A stretch of 64,000 bases of DNA from contig NC_135761.1 of NCBI RefSeq assembly GCF_052425735.1, positions 45,570,001 to 45,634,000 on the forward strand, given 5' to 3'. The notes below the pieces were generated by a model. The model was not told where the DNA came from and made no database searches. It saw nothing but the letters and a program-made list of their open reading frames with translations. The translations under genes and the position numbers were made by a program. This DNA comes from Oculina patagonica (lineage: Eukaryota). Of the stretch, positions 38,501-64,000 are shown piece by piece. The number at the start of each line of letters is the position of its first letter. The first letter of the stretch is position 1.

Positions 38501-40119
38501 AACAAAGGCAACAACGTGTGATCGTAAGATAAGAACCAATTTGCATTTAAATGCGGAATATTGTTTCTCGAGATGAAATTTGATCATCAAATTTCATAAT
38601 GAAGGATAAAATTAGCGGTCGCCTTCGAAGATGCATTGGTACCATCGAGAAATGATATTCTGGGCAGCAAAAATAATCTAGCTTATTATTATTATGACTT
38701 TTTTAAAACAGATATTTGGTATTCAAGGAACATGGTCGTACTCTTCTGGTTAATAATGCAGGTTATGACGTAACCGCCAATATATAAACTTCCTGGAATA
38801 CAATAAAGTCTCCAAGTACATTTACCATAAAAAGCCAATTGTATACGCTATTACAGATATATTCGCGGCATGAAATTTATTTGCGACTGATATTTTCGGA
38901 TGAGTCGACAAAAGGATGTATTCAAAAATTAGCCTGCACGAAAACTAATGTCATTACAGAGTCGAAAAATAAATATAGAATAAATAAAACATAACGTTTT
39001 AACGGTTAACAATTCTATAATCGCGAAAATTAAGTGACCTAGTTTTAAAGAATAATGCAAATTTCCGAAATATCTCTGCCAAAAGAGCGGCAAAAAGTTT
39101 GTTTGGAGCATTTCCTGAAATACTCAGGTATCGTGAAGCGTTCAGTATTATCGAAACACTTTATTTGAATTGTTATGGTAAAGGCTCAATCCTAGCTAAG
39201 CCAAATAATCGTATTATTAATTAAGTCACTTCAATATGCGAACAGAGCATTTGGTAATCTTTGTTAAACAAATCCCTCACAGTAAGATTCATTTTTCACT
39301 AAGAAGCGAGATCTTATCAGATGAATTAATTTATAGGTAGTTAAACACCAAACAAATTGAGCATCTCGAATAATTTGCATATGAAATAATCTATGATTTA
39401 TATTTTTTTACAGGTGGAAATCATGTCATATTCGAGATAGGAAAACGAAAACAAATCTTGAATTGTTCACAAGTCGTTTGTTCAGTTCTTTTTACAGGCT
39501 TTATTTTGTTTAGCGACTCGTTCACTCAGCTTGACGTAGGAAACCGTGAATTCACGTCTGAATGCTTTCTGTCTCTTTCTCGTTTCTACGTCAGCTTATC
39601 GTATCGCAGTGAATGCGCGTTTTCCTCTTAAACTGGACCTTGTAACTCGATTCATAAGCTGTAGAGCTAGAGGCCTAACAAGCCTCAATTTTCGAGTATG
39701 AATAAAGCATCGTAGTTTTATATTATAAGTTTACAATACATAGACGTCACATTTTTATTTATTTTTTCATATTTAAATGCAGTACTGACCAAACTTTGTT
39801 ATCAGAGTTATAACTAAGTTATCAGAAGTCGAGGGGGTTGATCGCACAGGATTAAAATTTTGCAAACGTTTACAAATGTTTCCCTTTCTTCCATGTTCTT
39901 AGCTTATCAACCTTGTTCATTTTGGAGCAATTTGTTACCTCTTAGATGTCGCTGTATATTGATATGAAACAAAAAAGATAAATTCATAATGTCGTGATCG
40001 ACAGCTAGAGAGCTTTCAAATGTTTGATGTTGACAAATAATTACTAAAAATCCTTAAGGAGAACAATAGAGGTCACTTGACCAGAACTTATGACGTCACA
40101 GAGTGAAAGCTAGGGTTAT

Positions 40120-40225
40120 GCTTAACCTATAGCCGTGTATGGATTAGGGTTGCAGGGGTAGGGCTTATGGGTTAGGGTTAGGGTTGAGTTGTTTGGGTTG
40201 GGGTTAGATTTGTGGGTTAGGGTTG
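40120..40225 (+). repeat. Degenerate interstitial telomere-like (TTAGGG) tract
   Basis: GGATTAGGGTT...GGGTTAGGGTTAGGGTT...GGGTTAGGGTT. Confidence 0.6.
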
Positions 40226-42147
40226 CTGTTTGGGCCTGGGCTAGTCACGTGACCAGCACTCCTTCCACATCGGGTCACCTTAGATAAAGTAATTGTAGCC
40301 TTGTGATTGCATTGGGCCCTTATTAAGTTTCCGGCCAAGCTACAATTTCGAATTATTTACTTCCCTTGCTTCAATTTTGTGCTCTGGTCTAATGATAAAT
40401 GTTTTGTGGGGTAGTGCTATCCACCCTCCCCTCCAACTTCTTGCCCTGTGCTCAAGTTAACACAAGATGACGAGGAAGATTATGCCTTTCATGTTTGAAG
40501 CGTCTCAGATGTTTGAAAGATGAATTGACTGACAAAAACTATTTTTTGGTTAACAAGAATAAAGAAAAAAATAGTACAACCAGAAAGCTACTGCAAGAAA
40601 CATTGTAAATGTGCACTCCACTCAGGAAAAGTTCAAAGTCTTTTTTAAATATATCCAGTGAAGTTAAGTTTTGCCCGAAGCGTCTTTTATCCTTTCTATG
40701 CTACAAGGGTTCTAATATCCACTAACGTTTGTTTTAAATTAGCAAGCAAAGTTAAAGTGAAAGTATGACGTTGGTGAATTGCTGTCATCTAGTCAGAGCG
40801 CGTGTGAAAAACAAGAGAAAATTTGCCACCAGATGGAACAGAGCAATAGTGAAAACATTTAAATTTTGTCATAAACTAATTCCCAAAGCAGAAAAGTCGA
40901 AAAGAATAATCGTGAGTAAACAAAGCTTGGAGTGAATTTTGAGCTTATGACGTTATCATGCATAAGGCCTATTTTGTCCAATTTATCCACTAACAAGTTT
41001 CCAGTGGAAAGGACCGTTTCATTTCATTACATTGGTTCATCAAAGGAACCGCTGAATTCACTCTGTGCAAGGATACATCGGTTCTTTTGATGCAAAATGA
41101 TCTGATTGGATCGTTGATCCTAGACCACGAATGAGATCACGCACGCAGTTCACACCATGCAGTGACGTCAATTATGCATCTGTCCCCTGATAGATCACGG
41201 GAAAGGTACCAATCATGAGCTCGCAATATTTCGGTTATTCACGGTGCCCAGATATGGTCAGGAAATCATTGTTATCTGTATTCCGTACATAACAGATATG
41301 CTATGATATATGTATAGATTCAACCGGACGCCTGGGTTAAGGGCTGTATAACCAGTTTATCTAGCTGTAAAATGCGGTCATTGACAATTTGTGGTATTAT
41401 AAAATAATCATCCTGCTCAATCTTGCGTCGTTGGCTAAGGTGATACTTCGCGCGATTTCTCAAGAAAAGCGTAACGTAAAAAGCCAATGCTATTAATTTA
41501 TAAGGCATTTCAGTTACTTGCGAATGAGACGGGTTCATACTGGTTCATGCAAAGTTTTATTGTGCTCTCAGTGAGATTTCCGCTGTGTTTCATGACAGTT
41601 TCCAAAGTGTTTATAAAATAACGCGCGCATTGGTTCCCGTTGTGTGAAAATTTTTGAATGGGGCTCTGAAACTTTTGAATTCTCTAAAATTTACTCTGGT
41701 CTTTGTATGAAGTCATGTAAACGTTCTTCTTTGTTAGTGAACATTTCTTTATTAAAACGGTAATTGAGAAGACCTTGTAATATTAATCGTGTATAATTTT
41801 CCATATACATTAAATAAATTATCTTTATTTTAAGTTTCCTTGCTCGAAGAAAAAGTTTAAAATATAAGCTAAACTATATTAGCATATTAGCGGTTGCTTG
41901 GCATAAAAGTAACAGTTCCGCGCCTTTATAAATAAAACAAGTTAGTATGACTAAGTAAGACGTTTTTGACATCGTTTTTAAAACAAATCGACACGAAAAT
42001 AAAAAAATGTTAACTTTATACTAAGTTTTCTTAGTTGCGTATAATTAAAAAATTCAATTTATTACCATTATTTCTAAAAATATTATTTACGCCAAGCATC
42101 AAATGTGTTCAGTTTATGCCATAAATTATGCCATATAGAGCAGTTTG

Positions 42148-42275
42148 CAATAGACCATATTCGTATTCTCGGTATTGGACTGGAAGTAGCTTACAATGGA
42201 GGCTCATGCGGGGGAATATCATTAATAACAGCGTCATGTCGTTTGCATTTGAAAAGATTACCCGCATTAGCCTCT

Positions 42276-42315
<40 letters not shown>

Positions 42316-42325
42316 AGGCCTATTG
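42148..42325. repeat. Palindromic MITE-like element
   Basis: Arms of ~65 bp: CAATAGACCATATTCGTATTCTC... / ...GAGAATACGAATAAGGCCTATTG. Confidence 0.8.
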
Positions 42326-42378
42326 AGTGTTGTATAAAGACCAAAACAAAAGTTACCACTCTGACGAAACACAAAGAA

Positions 42379-42726
42379 CAGGATTCACACAGTGTATCAC
42401 TTCATTCATTTATACGACTGAGGATGATTCTAAACTGGAATCGAAACACTGTTCATCTGCATTTATTGTTTGTTCTTTACATGTAACACATGTTCCACAT
42501 GTTCGTTGCAGGAAACTCCTGTCCACATGTAAGATCATATGAGATTCACTCGTGCGCAGTTCCCATCGTGGCTTTGTGCTCAGATGGTAGAGCAGTGGTC
42601 ATGTCACCTGAAAGTCGTGGGTTCGAGTCCCACCTGAACCACTGAGTTTTTTCAGTGGCCAGGATTCACACACTGTCGAATAGTGTATCACTTCATTCAT
42701 TTATGCGACTGAGGATGATTCTAAAC
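42379..42726 (+). mobile_element. Retrozyme-like unit: 291-bp period, hammerhead motif in the direct repeats, internal tRNA-derived Pol III promoter
   Basis: Direct repeats at 42379-42436 and 42660-42726. CUGAGGA-U-GAUUCUA-aac-UGGAAUC-GAAAC at 42418-42447; the second CUGAGGA is at 42709. tRNA-like segment 42570-42640 (GCTCAGATGGTAGAGC, GGTTCGAGTCC) followed by a hairpin with T6. Confidence 0.65.
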
Positions 42727-43256
42727 AAGAGAAGACTGATCTTGTAACTTTTTGGCATATATAACGTAAATTAAAAGGAAGCCATTTAAGTTGAATATGA
42801 CATCGGTCAAGTCTAGATTTGCTCAAAAGTGGATGGTTATTATGATAGTTGTGACCTTTCGTGAAGAGGATAAACATTTCAAGTATAAAGCAGCTTAGTA
42901 ACCACGCATACTTTATATTCCGTTTTAGTTTGTGTAACACCGTTGTAGTTTCTCAGACCTTTTTGATATTTTAACTCTAAGGCCTATAACTGATGACATG
43001 AAATCTTATCAATGAAATTAAGGACATCACTTTTTATCCCATTTCAATGCAGATACTGATACATTCCCCACTTCCGGGCCATCTTTGCCAAAAGCATCTC
43101 AAATAAACGTTAATGGCGGACCCCAAGCATGCTTGTTACACCAGGATTGCAGTATCCATTCCTGTTATTGACCACTCAGGTGACAACTCTTTGCTTTGTC
43201 CTTCCCGATCTTTTCCCCTCCTTTTGTCGTTAACTCTTGCCTTTATTGATCTTGTT

Positions 43257-63856
<20,600 letters not shown>

Positions 63857-64000
63857 GTTCACAATTGCTAGCAGAAGCAAACAAAAAATATCTCAAGTGT
63901 GAGCTGTTGTCGTCTTAGACTATTTCTTGAGCTAAATACGCCAACTGTTTGTCGAGCCATTAGACATGTTCCTAGCGAGCTGCCGGAAGCTTCCTCGACC

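Noticed and set aside
42570-42640. Functional tRNA gene
   Set aside because: The acceptor and anticodon stems pair poorly, and the sequence is embedded in a repeat unit; treated as a tRNA-derived promoter.

Overview
AT-rich, intron-rich animal genomic DNA. The repeat repertoire suggests a cnidarian, probably a stony coral; this is inference only. Two multi-exon receptor genes lie in tandem on the minus strand, and I reconstructed both with canonical GT-AG junctions and consistent phases. (1) A receptor (membrane) guanylyl cyclase of the ANP-receptor type, 20 coding exons, CDS 63856->43257, about 1054 aa. (2) A GABA-B-family class C GPCR, 16 coding exons, CDS 24073->3856, about 905 aa. The GPCR has a degenerate GABA pocket, an unexplained N-terminal six-Cys module, no obvious C-tail coiled coil and a KATQT LC8-type motif. 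Introns and the ~19 kb spacer are full of mobile DNA: a nearly intact Penelope-like element, a truncated inverted Penelope, an intact-ORF CR1/L2-group LINE nested in a 9-bp-TSD MITE, tRNA-derived SINEs and many MITEs. The most notable non-coding signals are minimal hammerhead ribozyme motifs (U3/A8 variant) in the Penelope repeats, in the sense orientation of the host pre-mRNA, and a 291-bp hammerhead plus tRNA-promoter unit at 42.4-42.7 kb that resembles a non-LTR retrozyme. No database searches were run; all calls come from reading the sequence.
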